Below, one piece after another: positions 1-10,500 of a DNA stretch of 25,634 bases. The notes beneath the pieces are model-generated. The model was not told where the DNA came from, searched no databases, and saw nothing but the letters and a program-made list of their open reading frames with translations. Source of the stretch: a virus (taxonomy: Duplodnaviria; Caudoviricetes). The stretch covers positions 1-25,634 of IMG/VR virus record IMGVR_UViG_3300008116_000483. One strand, given 5' to 3'. Both the position numbers and the translations under genes were made by a program. How positions within the stretch are numbered: position 1 is the stretch's first letter; each line of letters opens with the position of its first letter.

Positions 1-438
1 TCTCCATTCTTTAACATAGGACTAAGTCTCAGTTTAGATAAAATTTCTACCCCAAACATAACTGTTGCTGAACCAACAGTTGTAGAAAAACAACAACCTG
101 CTGAAGTTACACCTATATCTAACGTTGAACAGATTTCTGTTGCATCTCCAACAGAAGCTGTTATAGGTACAAAAGCTAAAAGATCTGCTTCTAAAAAAAC
201 TCCAGCTACTCCAGTTACTGCAGATACTAAACTTGTAACTCCAGTTGAAACTATGTCAGATGAAGAAATTAAAATTTTTAAAAGTTTAAATAAGGATCTT
301 AAAGAATTCTTAGATAATGGTCTTGATTTTGAAGACTTTTTAGAAAGTTATTCGATAAAGATAGCAAAAGGTCGTAACTTGCAGGTTACAAATAAGTGGA
401 TTGCAGAAAAAACTAAAAAGTATTGTAGTAACTCTTAA
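1..438 (+). CDS. C-terminal 145 aa of a large protein, probably virion cargo; 5' end lies outside the window
   Basis: Frame 1 is open from base 1 (SPFFNIGLSLSLDKISTP...) through a Pro/Thr/Val/Ala-rich linker into the listed 253..438 ORF, ending KKYCSNS*. It sits directly upstream of the vRNAP gene. Confidence 0.8.
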   Translation, partial: SPFFNIGLSLSLDKISTPNITVAEPTVVEKQQPAEVTPISNVEQISVASPTEAVIGTKAKRSASKKTPATPVTADTKLVTPVETMSDEEIKIFKSLNKDLKEFLDNGLDFEDFLESYSIKIAKGRNLQVTNKWIAEKTKKYCSNS

Positions 439-450
439 AAACTGGTTAAT

Positions 451-3400
451 ATGAGAATTTCTTGTCCAAATCTATCCGACGAACAATACTTAAAGCTTGA
501 AAAATTATATGGAGCTACAAACGCAGTAGCTCTCTATATGCAATATGGTGCAGAAATACCTGCTCAGTTATATGAACTTGGGGGTGTACTTCCATCAAAT
601 ATGGAAGACATAAAAAGTGCATTTAGAACAAATGTAAATTTTAATGAGGTTATAGATATACCTAAAAGTTTATTCTTAGCAGCTTTAGATGGAGATGTTG
701 TCGAACCTGCAGTTTCAGAAGAAACTCAAGAGGTTACTGTTAAAGGGGGCGTAAATGAACTATTTGAATCTAATCCAGATTTAGCTGCTATTGGAACGGC
801 TGAAGAATATTCTCAATACTTGGATACTATATTTCCTGATAGTCAAGTAAAAGATATTGTTTATCATAATTCTCCTAATAAATTTGATAAGTTTGATAAT
901 TTAAAAGTAGGAACTACTACATCAGGAGTAGGGAGTGAAGATAGATTTTTAGGTATATTTTTTACTTCCGATAAAAATGCCTATGAAGGATTCAATATTA
1001 AAGGATTTCAATATCCTTCATTATTAAATTTAAAAAATCCTATAAATGGAGGAATAAATTATAATAATTTACCTAATTTAAAAACTGAAGAAGATTTTAA
1101 AAATTATCAAAAACAATTAATAAAAGATAAATATGATGGTATTCAATATGGTAAAGCTTTTATGGACATGGAAGATGGAAAATTTACTATTCCAATTTTA
1201 GAAGCAGTCGTATTTAAACCAGAACAAATCCATATACTAGGAACCAACCAAGATATAGAAGGATTTAAAAAGTGGAAAGAGCAAGAAGTTTCACAACCAT
1301 CTAAAAAAGAAATTAAAAAAGAAACATTAAATAAGCTGCAAAAGTCTTTAGGAAATTCTACTGAAAAGTCTGGATCAGTTTATGAAACAATAAAACAGTT
1401 AAGAGACTTTTTAGATACATATAGTAGAGGAGAAGATTTTAATATAGATCTTCCAATCGCAATAAATTTAGATGGAATATTTAATAGACCAGAACTAGAT
1501 GATGATCAATTTGATGATCATTTAAATGATATATATGACGTTTTAAATAGGTTAGAATCCAATTGGTTGGATTACAGAGGAGAAGTCACAGGAAAGATCT
1601 ATAAAGGATTTAGATCATATACAGTGCAGAGTTTGAGAGAGTTTGGATGGAGTATTGAAGATGCTTCAAATTTAGAAACAGTCCTTGCTGAGGAAGATTT
1701 AAACGAAGACGAGCCTCAAGGAGATGAGATTCCAGTATCTCAAAAAGATGATGTAGCTCTTGCAGAGAAGAATTATTCTATATCAAATTTTGAAATTGAT
1801 CCAGCAACTACTGTCTCTCAAGAAGTAAAGAGACTTCTGCAAGGTATTAAAGCTACAACTCCTGGGAGATATGGTTTTATACCACATATACCTGTATCTC
1901 GTATATATGGGAAGGCTATGAAATTAGTCTCAAACTTAAATACATATGAGGAAATGATAAGTGTTCTTGAGGCTAAAGCTAAAAAGGACAATGAGATAGC
2001 AATTTTAGTCAATTTTATTAAGAATGCAACTAGCGCTCAAAAAGCACAATTCTTCAAAGTACTTAGAAATGATAAGACTGACTTTTTTGTGTATGAGCAG
2101 GGAGGTAAGATTGTAGAAATTGAAGAAGAGTATAGTGAAGAAACTCAACAGATAGAGAAACTTAAAGATACTAAAAAAGAATATCAAAAATCTAGTAGCA
2201 TCATATCATTAACCTCGATAAACTCGGACACAATTTTAGTTAATAGATGGAAAAAGAATATGATGGGGGAATCAGCGTCAGTTGTAAATCCACATTTATA
2301 TTCAATTAAAACAGATTCTCAAGGGGATGAAGTAATTTCAATTAGACCTACAACTACAGACGGGAAGGATAGATTATCTTCAATACGGAATAACTATAAC
2401 GTAATTATTTCTGCAAAACTTAGAAATAATTTAGAAGAAAACATTGTAGCTATTGGGAATCTATTGTGGGATTTTGGGATTAATATGGGGAGTACAAGAG
2501 AAACTACTATTGACGCTGTTAGAGAATATGCTGATGGGAATATTAATACATTAAATAGACTCATTAATCCACTTAAAAAAGTGCTTGAAGGAGTTGTTGA
2601 AGTTGAAAGAAAAGGTGCTAATATAGTTGGGATAAAGAGTTTAAAATCAAAGATAACAACACCTGTATATTCTACTGCTGCTAAAAGTATTGGAGATATA
2701 GCTAGAGAATTATCTAAAGTATTTACAGAAGAGACAGCTACTTCTCAAATTAATGGAAAGGGTAATGCTTCATTTCCACATGGTAAACCTACGTTTATGA
2801 CTATGACCTTGAATGATATAAATTCAGGTACTAGTTCTAAACAATCTAATACATATTTAGAATTATCACAAGATATCTCTTTAAATCCATCTGAAGATCA
2901 TAGATTGCTGTTACTTAAACTTATTGAAGATGGAGTATATAAATTAAAAACTGACCAATTTAGTGCTTCTAGATATGAGGGAGATGATGTTAATGAGGCT
3001 AAAGATTATAGGGAACTAGGGGATAGAAATCTTTTAATTTTATTCTTAGATAATTATTTAAATACGGGGGGAGAGGATATGAGAATTCCAATTCCTACTC
3101 AGGAATCTAGAGAAAATCTTCCTTTTATGACTCTCCCAAGATTTTCTTCCAGTGCAACAGGGAAATCAGATCCTAGAATTAATAAAAGTGAAAGGGAGAT
3201 TATACAATCTATTATTATTAGAGACCTAGTTAGAATAAATAGAGACTCTAAAATATCTAATGGAATTAGTGACTATCATGGTACAAATAGAGTAAACTCT
3301 ATGACTCTCTCCGGAACATCTGATCTTAAATTAGAAGACGGAAATAACTTATCTAATGATATTTTAAATATGTTAGAGTACGGAAGAATTCAATACTCTA

Positions 3401-6400
3401 AAGAATGGGCTGCTCTAGATAGTCTTGTAGATAATTATTTAAATGTAACTCTTCAAGCAAAGATTGAGGAGTTTAAAGGAATTCTAAAATCTCTTAATAT
3501 TACTAAATCTAATTTAAATGCTGAGAACTACGATAAATTATTTAAAGATAATTTTGATGAGTTTATTCGTAGATATGTATTTGATACAATAGTATCCAAT
3601 ATTGAGTTAACAAACTTATTTAGAGGGAGTCAAACTTATTTTGGGAGTATTAATAAACTTTACAAGAGATGGGGATTTTTAAACACTCCAGGCTCTAATC
3701 TTTTTTTACAAGGCAGTGACCCAAATAACCCAGAATATGGGATGTTGAGAAAGTTCAATCAGGTTGCATTTAATGATTTATCTGCAGGTACTGATGAAAA
3801 TCAATTTAAAGTTCATGAAGCAATTGCTGATGCATACGAAAAAGTTTTATTAGACCAAGGACTGTCTCCAGAAAGAGCTAAAGCATTAGCAAGCTCATTT
3901 CGACCAGGAAAAGCTAAGGGTACAGATGCTCTTGCTCTTATTAGTCCAGAGATGTTTAGACATGTTATGCAGGGGGGAGGTGGCTCATTTGTATGGAATG
4001 AGGACCACGAAAAGATGTATAATAATTACAAAGAGACGGGAGAGTGGAAGTTTGATTTTACCCCAGGTTTTAAGTATGGTTATGACAGCACCGGAATTAA
4101 AAATATAGGAGGTCAGAATATATATGCATCTGAATTAGATAAAAACTCTTGGTTTGTACTTACACCAGAAGTAGCTAAAGGAAATCCAATTCTGGAAGAC
4201 ATGTTGTCTGCTATGAATGGGAAATATACTAATGGAGTTCCTATTCACATATTTAATGCAGTTAGTGCTAAGAAGGGTATATCAACAAATGTATTCAATA
4301 TTGATACAACTAAAACTGGAGAATTTTTTGAAGGTGTTCAATATAATGAACAAGATGCTAATAGGCTTGTAGAACCTCAAATATTGTCTGGTAATACTAA
4401 AGAATCCATCAGATTTAATAGCCAGATTAGAAGACACGCTGTCTTTAATTTGGAGATGGATGGATTATATAATATGTCTGGAGAGACTATATCGGGGGAG
4501 GATCTTTTTGGGATATACCAGAAGAGTATATATGCTAGACTAAATACCTCATTAAAAGAAGTAGCGGCGGAAGTTGGGTATTCAGAGTATCTAACAGCTA
4601 TGCAGAATAATGATCGAAAAGGTATGGGAGTTGCTAAAGCTAAAATGCTTAAAAAGATTGCAGAGCTTGCAATAGATTCTGCTAATAGAAATGGGAAACT
4701 AAATAATGATCTTGAAGAACAGCTTCGAATTAGACAAGTCATAGATGATTTTATAACAGACTTTGAAGTACCTGTAGGATTTCCCACAAATGAAAGAGAC
4801 TTAATGTCTCAATTTATTAGCATATTTAGAGCTAAAGCTGCTAAAGTACTTGTTCCAGGTATTGAAGCTGTTCAGGTTGGAACGTTGGGAAAAATGAATA
4901 TCAATGGTGAGTTGAGAGAACTTAAATTCTTTGATATTTCAAATAATGAGTGGTACGCTGAAGTTGCATTGTCTGAAGATATATTAGAGGCTTTGGGAAT
5001 AGAGATTGGGGATTCACTTGATTTGTCTGACCCAAAAATTCAAGATAAACTTATGATGCTTGGATATCGTATTCCACACCAGTCTCTTGCATCTAGTATA
5101 GTATTAAAAGCTGTAGCAGCTCTTCCTAAATCATACAAGAAGCATATTGTAGTTCCTGCAAACTTTGTTCAGGCTACAGGTTCCGACTTTGACTGGGATA
5201 AGCTGTACATAATTAGACATGATATAGATAAGAGTGGGGAAATAGCATTGCCCAGTGTTCCTCTTATGCAATTAGCTCAACAAAGCCCTGAGTATTTTAC
5301 AACTTTAGACCCTAAAATATTAAATAATTTAATACTTAGGGCTCAAATGGCAGTATCTCAATCTCCACAACATTTAGAAGAAATGTTAAGTGGGGTAGAG
5401 GCCGAAGAATATGCAGCTACAGCAGCTAGAATTGAAGATTTAAGGGGGAAAAGTGCTACAGACGAAGTATCTCTAGATGATCCCTCCATCAATATTAAGA
5501 TGTACAGAAAGTTTATGAGAGCTGCTGGACTTGTGGGGCAATATGCAAATATGGATGCTGGGTTGGGGGTAGCAGTGCATGGAAATCTTGGGGATAATGT
5601 AAGAGGTCTTGCTCTTAACCCAAATGCAACTGTTACGTGGATTGAGGGAGATATGGTATTTGAGTTAAATCAGATTAAAAATAGATCTGATGTAACGGGG
5701 TTAAGAATTAATTCATTCTTTACCAGTCACTTATCTGCAGCTCTTGACGTTGGGGGACAGGAAAATCCACTTCAAGATAGAACAAATGATAGTTCTGAAA
5801 CAGCAAAAGTATCTCTACATTTAGCATCTGTAGGAGTTCCACAATCTGGAGTTATTGCATTTAGAATGCAGCAACTTGTAGAAGATATGTTGAATCTTAT
5901 AAATAATGGAGATGGGACTAAATCATATACTCCATACGCAGCATTTACAAAAGTACTTATAGATAATGGGGTAGGAAAAAAATCTGCAAGTAAGTTTATG
6001 GGCTCAGCACTTTCTGGAAAAGTTCAAATGACTCCTATGAGTATGGGGTCTATTGAACTAAGCATGCTAGAGGATAAAAATAGCCCACTGAATATAGAAC
6101 TATTTAAGAACTTTATCATTTCCTACTATAGAGGAAAAGATCTTTATCAAGCTCTTAAAAAGATTACTCCAGATACTTTAGATGGGTTAAATGATCTTGG
6201 ACAGATGCAGGCTACTGTAGAAAGTGCTGAAAATGAATTATCTGCAGATCCTAATAAAGTTATAATAGCTTACGAAGATTTAAATCAATTTTTAGAAGGA
6301 GATAGATTCTTAGTATCGAAAGCTTTCCATGAATACTTTAAAGTAGTTTTTAATGCTGCAGGAGTAGTATTCCCATCTGCATCAGAGTCATTTGTAAAAT

Positions 6401-7527
6401 TTAAAGAGATTCTGAAAAATACTTTAGGATTAGAAAATCTTACTGGAGCACAGCATAGAAAGATTAATAGACTATTGCTTTATTGTATATTAACTAAACC
6501 TGGGAGTAGAGCAAATAATCTATTCTTAAGTTTTAGTCAAAAGACTAGTATTTCGTCTAAGTCACCTAGCGTATTAGTTAAGAAGCAGCAAGATAATATT
6601 TTTACTATGCTCAATACTATGATTAATAAGTATCCTCTTATGAGGAATGATGATTTATTAAGCAGTTTGGAGCTAGATGTAGCAGATAAAGATAAGAGGT
6701 TAATTAGAATGATTTTAAACTCTAAGGGTCGTATTACCTCAGATAGATTTAATGACTACAGAAGAACTATGGAAAGATTAGTATATGCTCCAGAAACATT
6801 TATTGGGCCTAATGCTACAGAGGAACAAAGAAAAGAAGTTGCAAATTTTGGACACTCTCTCATTCAGTATGCATTGATTTCATCTGCATTTTTACCTGGG
6901 GATAAAACTTTATATAAGTATATTCCCGGAAAGTATTTTCAAGATTTAGGGATATTTGATGAGTATAGAGCTGAGCTATCTCAAGTAATGTCTAATCCAG
7001 AATACTTTGAAAATTCTGAATTCGTTATGGAATTTATTAGAAACTTTGGATTATCTGCTGGTCTTGTTCAGAATAGAAAAGTATATTCAAAGTATGATTA
7101 CATCTCCAAGCAACAAGTTAAAATAACTATTGCAGGGAAGAAGCATACTGTTTTTAGTATTAAAGATCCAGATGCTCCTTTATTTGTTAAGTCTTACAGA
7201 AGTATCGATAAAAAGCAAGAAGGATTAGCTGATAGAACCATGCTTTATATGAAAGTTGGGAGAACTGAAACAGAATCTCAATACATTGCTGTAGTATCCA
7301 AAAGCTCAAGAAACAAATTTTATGAGATGAATATAAATTATCCTTCTACATTTACTGGAGGAAGTGCTATCTCTGGAAGGGGTCAGGAAAATAATTTTGC
7401 TGTTTCCAATATTACTTATGAACTTGGGGCACAGGTTGAGTCTATGATTAAGAGTTCTTCAATTCCTCAATTTTATAACAACATTCCTGAAACTGTAAAG
7501 AATTACGGGCAAGATTGTAGAGGTTAA
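451..7527 (+). CDS. Virion-packaged DNA-dependent RNA polymerase (crAss-like/phi14:2 gp66-type two-barrel RNAP) with N-terminal ART-like module
   Basis: 2358 aa. GYRIPHQ (nt ~5062) is followed by GSDFDWDKL (DxDxD at 5185-5199). Upstream KR...TPG (3664), TD (3922), KxSxFxLxP and SAxKG segments resemble crAss-like RNAP motifs. Confidence 0.88.
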   Translation: MRISCPNLSDEQYLKLEKLYGATNAVALYMQYGAEIPAQLYELGGVLPSNMEDIKSAFRTNVNFNEVIDIPKSLFLAALDGDVVEPAVSEETQEVTVKGGVNELFESNPDLAAIGTAEEYSQYLDTIFPDSQVKDIVYHNSPNKFDKFDNLKVGTTTSGVGSEDRFLGIFFTSDKNAYEGFNIKGFQYPSLLNLKNPINGGINYNNLPNLKTEEDFKNYQKQLIKDKYDGIQYGKAFMDMEDGKFTIPILEAVVFKPEQIHILGTNQDIEGFKKWKEQEVSQPSKKEIKKETLNKLQKSLGNSTEKSGSVYETIKQLRDFLDTYSRGEDFNIDLPIAINLDGIFNRPELDDDQFDDHLNDIYDVLNRLESNWLDYRGEVTGKIYKGFRSYTVQSLREFGWSIEDASNLETVLAEEDLNEDEPQGDEIPVSQKDDVALAEKNYSISNFEIDPATTVSQEVKRLLQGIKATTPGRYGFIPHIPVSRIYGKAMKLVSNLNTYEEMISVLEAKAKKDNEIAILVNFIKNATSAQKAQFFKVLRNDKTDFFVYEQGGKIVEIEEEYSEETQQIEKLKDTKKEYQKSSSIISLTSINSDTILVNRWKKNMMGESASVVNPHLYSIKTDSQGDEVISIRPTTTDGKDRLSSIRNNYNVIISAKLRNNLEENIVAIGNLLWDFGINMGSTRETTIDAVREYADGNINTLNRLINPLKKVLEGVVEVERKGANIVGIKSLKSKITTPVYSTAAKSIGDIARELSKVFTEETATSQINGKGNASFPHGKPTFMTMTLNDINSGTSSKQSNTYLELSQDISLNPSEDHRLLLLKLIEDGVYKLKTDQFSASRYEGDDVNEAKDYRELGDRNLLILFLDNYLNTGGEDMRIPIPTQESRENLPFMTLPRFSSSATGKSDPRINKSEREIIQSIIIRDLVRINRDSKISNGISDYHGTNRVNSMTLSGTSDLKLEDGNNLSNDILNMLEYGRIQYSKEWAALDSLVDNYLNVTLQAKIEEFKGILKSLNITKSNLNAENYDKLFKDNFDEFIRRYVFDTIVSNIELTNLFRGSQTYFGSINKLYKRWGFLNTPGSNLFLQGSDPNNPEYGMLRKFNQVAFNDLSAGTDENQFKVHEAIADAYEKVLLDQGLSPERAKALASSFRPGKAKGTDALALISPEMFRHVMQGGGGSFVWNEDHEKMYNNYKETGEWKFDFTPGFKYGYDSTGIKNIGGQNIYASELDKNSWFVLTPEVAKGNPILEDMLSAMNGKYTNGVPIHIFNAVSAKKGISTNVFNIDTTKTGEFFEGVQYNEQDANRLVEPQILSGNTKESIRFNSQIRRHAVFNLEMDGLYNMSGETISGEDLFGIYQKSIYARLNTSLKEVAAEVGYSEYLTAMQNNDRKGMGVAKAKMLKKIAELAIDSANRNGKLNNDLEEQLRIRQVIDDFITDFEVPVGFPTNERDLMSQFISIFRAKAAKVLVPGIEAVQVGTLGKMNINGELRELKFFDISNNEWYAEVALSEDILEALGIEIGDSLDLSDPKIQDKLMMLGYRIPHQSLASSIVLKAVAALPKSYKKHIVVPANFVQATGSDFDWDKLYIIRHDIDKSGEIALPSVPLMQLAQQSPEYFTTLDPKILNNLILRAQMAVSQSPQHLEEMLSGVEAEEYAATAARIEDLRGKSATDEVSLDDPSINIKMYRKFMRAAGLVGQYANMDAGLGVAVHGNLGDNVRGLALNPNATVTWIEGDMVFELNQIKNRSDVTGLRINSFFTSHLSAALDVGGQENPLQDRTNDSSETAKVSLHLASVGVPQSGVIAFRMQQLVEDMLNLINNGDGTKSYTPYAAFTKVLIDNGVGKKSASKFMGSALSGKVQMTPMSMGSIELSMLEDKNSPLNIELFKNFIISYYRGKDLYQALKKITPDTLDGLNDLGQMQATVESAENELSADPNKVIIAYEDLNQFLEGDRFLVSKAFHEYFKVVFNAAGVVFPSASESFVKFKEILKNTLGLENLTGAQHRKINRLLLYCILTKPGSRANNLFLSFSQKTSISSKSPSVLVKKQQDNIFTMLNTMINKYPLMRNDDLLSSLELDVADKDKRLIRMILNSKGRITSDRFNDYRRTMERLVYAPETFIGPNATEEQRKEVANFGHSLIQYALISSAFLPGDKTLYKYIPGKYFQDLGIFDEYRAELSQVMSNPEYFENSEFVMEFIRNFGLSAGLVQNRKVYSKYDYISKQQVKITIAGKKHTVFSIKDPDAPLFVKSYRSIDKKQEGLADRTMLYMKVGRTETESQYIAVVSKSSRNKFYEMNINYPSTFTGGSAISGRGQENNFAVSNITYELGAQVESMIKSSSIPQFYNNIPETVKNYGQDCRG
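742..1278 (+). other. ADP-ribosyltransferase-like domain (ART-PolyVal type) within the vRNAP
   Basis: VYH (862)...GIFFTS...LNLKNP...YDGI...EAVVFKPEQI pattern characteristic of ART domains in phage polyvalent proteins. Confidence 0.7.
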
Positions 7528-7561
7528 AGTATATTTACAAAATCTATAAATTAAAGAAAAA

Positions 7562-10500
7562 ATGGCTTGTGTATATACAGTTAATGGGGTAGGAGATTTG
7601 TTAGCAACATCTGTATTTCAATTAGTAGAGGATATTAATCCAGAATCCAGAACTCCAGAAATGATAGAAGATATATTATTATCTGAGAAGGTTATTATAG
7701 ATACTGCTGAAGGTAATAGAATTTTAAATCCCATAAATCAATCTGAAGCTCTCTCTAAAATAGATGATTTAAATACGATTGCAGTTAAAAACTTTAATAC
7801 TGATATAAATAATCCTCTTATTCGTACAATACGAATTGGGAAAAACTATAAAATATTAGTTGATTACAATGTTCTTAAGAGACTTAAGAAAATAGATCAA
7901 GATGTATACGATTTTACTACTAAGATAACTGAGCCTCAAGATGGGGAAACCGGAGAGTATTATACTGCAGAACAGATATATGCAGATTCCATTGAAAGTA
8001 AGTCTGAAGAAATTGAAAGTATAAGAGAAGATGGGAAAGCTTTAACTGAATTACTTATACAGAAATTAGAGGGAGAGATTAGAAGATTACAAGAATCTGC
8101 AGTTAAAGCTGGAAAAAGAAGAAGTGATCAAGTATCTCTGAAGCAGAAAGAAATACAAGCCATTATTAATAAGATTAAGAAATCTCATCAAAATATTGAA
8201 GATCTCTATACAATAGTGCATTATCTACATGATATGTCTGTCAAAGCTGAATCTCAAATGAAGGCTATTGAAGATATATATGAGAAACAAAATGCTCTTG
8301 GAAGAGTAGATAACGCCGCAAGAGAAGCATTACTTCGCAAGGTTTCAGAACTTAAGCAAACTATAGATGCTTTCTATTCAAATAATACTTCTAGATCTGC
8401 TATTACACTGTTAGGAACTCAAGTAACTAGAATTCTTAGTGCGGGTATGACAAATCGTACTGCAGCTGCACAAGATCTACTAGAGTATATCAATAACGCA
8501 GAGGCGAGAATGAGAAATATTGATTCAAAATTTTTAGACAGTGTACTTCCAATACACGTAGATTATTTACTTGAGTATGCCCCAATTGATATCAACACGC
8601 AGTTGAATGCTAAGATTACTAGAATAAAAGAAAATAAAGTATTAGTAGATTTTAATAGATTTGATGTTAGATATTTAAAGGCAAGGGCTCAAGGATTTGA
8701 GGCAATGCTTGAACTTAATATAAAGCAACTTCAAGATAAGATGATTGGGAGAGAGGCTATTCTCTCTGAGTTAAAATCTACACATAGAGAGGCTGGGTTC
8801 TTCTCCACATGGTTAGATCCAATTGTATACAATAGAAAAACTTCTATTCAATTATTTGCAAACGCTGTTAAAGGCAAACTGTTTGAAGCATATCAATCTA
8901 CGATTGATACTAAATATGAATTAGCTCCTGCTTATAGAAAGTTTGTAGATTACAAGGGGGTTGGGGAAGATAATGTTGAAAAGCTCTATGAAGATATAAT
9001 TGAAGAAATTTCCATATCTACTAGAGGAAAAGATGGGGAAAGAAAGATTCAAAAGGTTATGGCATTTGTTCAAAGATATAATGTAACTAAGTTTAATGAG
9101 AATCTAACTAGTATATATAATACTCTTAAAGAGCAATTTAACTTCCCCAAAGATGCAGATCCAATTGATAAAGATAAATGGTTTAAATCTCCTGAGGGAA
9201 TAGATTATCAAAATGCTATAGATAGATGGTGGAAAGAGAATACAGTCCCTACTGAAAATGCAGAAGAAGAACTTGCTATTCTAGTAAATGCTAGATTAGC
9301 AGTAGGAGATGAGATTGCAAATTTTCAAGGATCAGAATCTGACTTAGCTAGTTTGTATAGAAAAGCATACACACTTGAGGCAGAAATGAGAAGTGTGTAT
9401 AGTAATAACACATTTAAGGGAAGACTTGCAGTTCCTAATAATTCTTACATCAATGAGAAATTTACTCAGATGCCTGCAGAAGCTAGAGAATATTATGATC
9501 TGTTATTAGAGACATATAAAAATGATCAGTTAGATAAGATTGGGGGTACATATCAATACAAGAACTCTTGGGATAATTTTTCATATTTACTTCCCTCAAT
9601 TGGTATTTCCGCTGCAGAAAAATTATATAGCGGAAATGGGGTAATATCTTCTGCTAAAAGACTTGTAGCTGATGGGGCTACTTTCCAAGAAACAGATACT
9701 GAATTCGGGGAATTAGTTTCATTAAACGGAGAAAAATTAAAGCTCATTCCTCTTCATTTTGCTGGAACAATGAGTTCTAATCTAGTATCTAAAGATGTGA
9801 CTAATAGTATCATTAAGTTTAATGATATGGCTAATAGATTTAAGAGTAAATCTGAAATCAATGGGGTAGTTAATATTATGAGATCAGCTCTTGAGAATAG
9901 GAAAAGAACAGTTATGCTTCCTACAGGAGATTTTGCTACAGAATACTATGCTGAAAAACATGGAATTAAAAAGCTTTATGAAAATATAAATACTCAAGCA
10001 GGATTATCCGGAGATTTAATACAATTAAATGAGTGGTTGGAAAGTATATTTTATGATAAACAATCTGCAGAACAATTTAAAGATGGATTATCTACAACTA
10101 AGATAACTTCTGCCTTGACTAGTTTTACAGCTATTGGAGCTTTAGGTCTTAATGTTCCTCAAGCTTTCAATCAGTATATAATGGATAATGTAGTAGCAAC
10201 TCAAGAAGCAGTATCTGGGGGATATTTTACTGCTGCAAGTCTTGGGAAAGCAAAGCTATATATGGGTAATTCTATTGGGAATTTGATGGAATCTGCATCT
10301 GGGAAGATGACTAAGTCAAATAAAATTGGGGGATTCTTAGAATTAGTTAACGCTTTCCAAGAAGGTTCACAGTCATTTGAAAATTTAACAGGGAGTGCTG
10401 CTAAAAAAGCATCAAGTGTTAATAGTTTGACGTTTATGCAAAAAGCTGCAGATATAAGTATGATGGGGGAGAAGGTATTAGCTATGGCCTTTGAGTATGA

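Noticed and set aside
372-384. CGTAACTTGCA (and GTATATTTACA at ~7529) as Bacteroidota TAnnTTTG -7 promoters
   Set aside because: Both deviate from consensus and no -33 element was confirmed; too weak in AT-rich DNA.
253-438. 61-aa ORF as an independent gene
   Set aside because: The frame is open back to base 1, so it is the tail of a larger gene.
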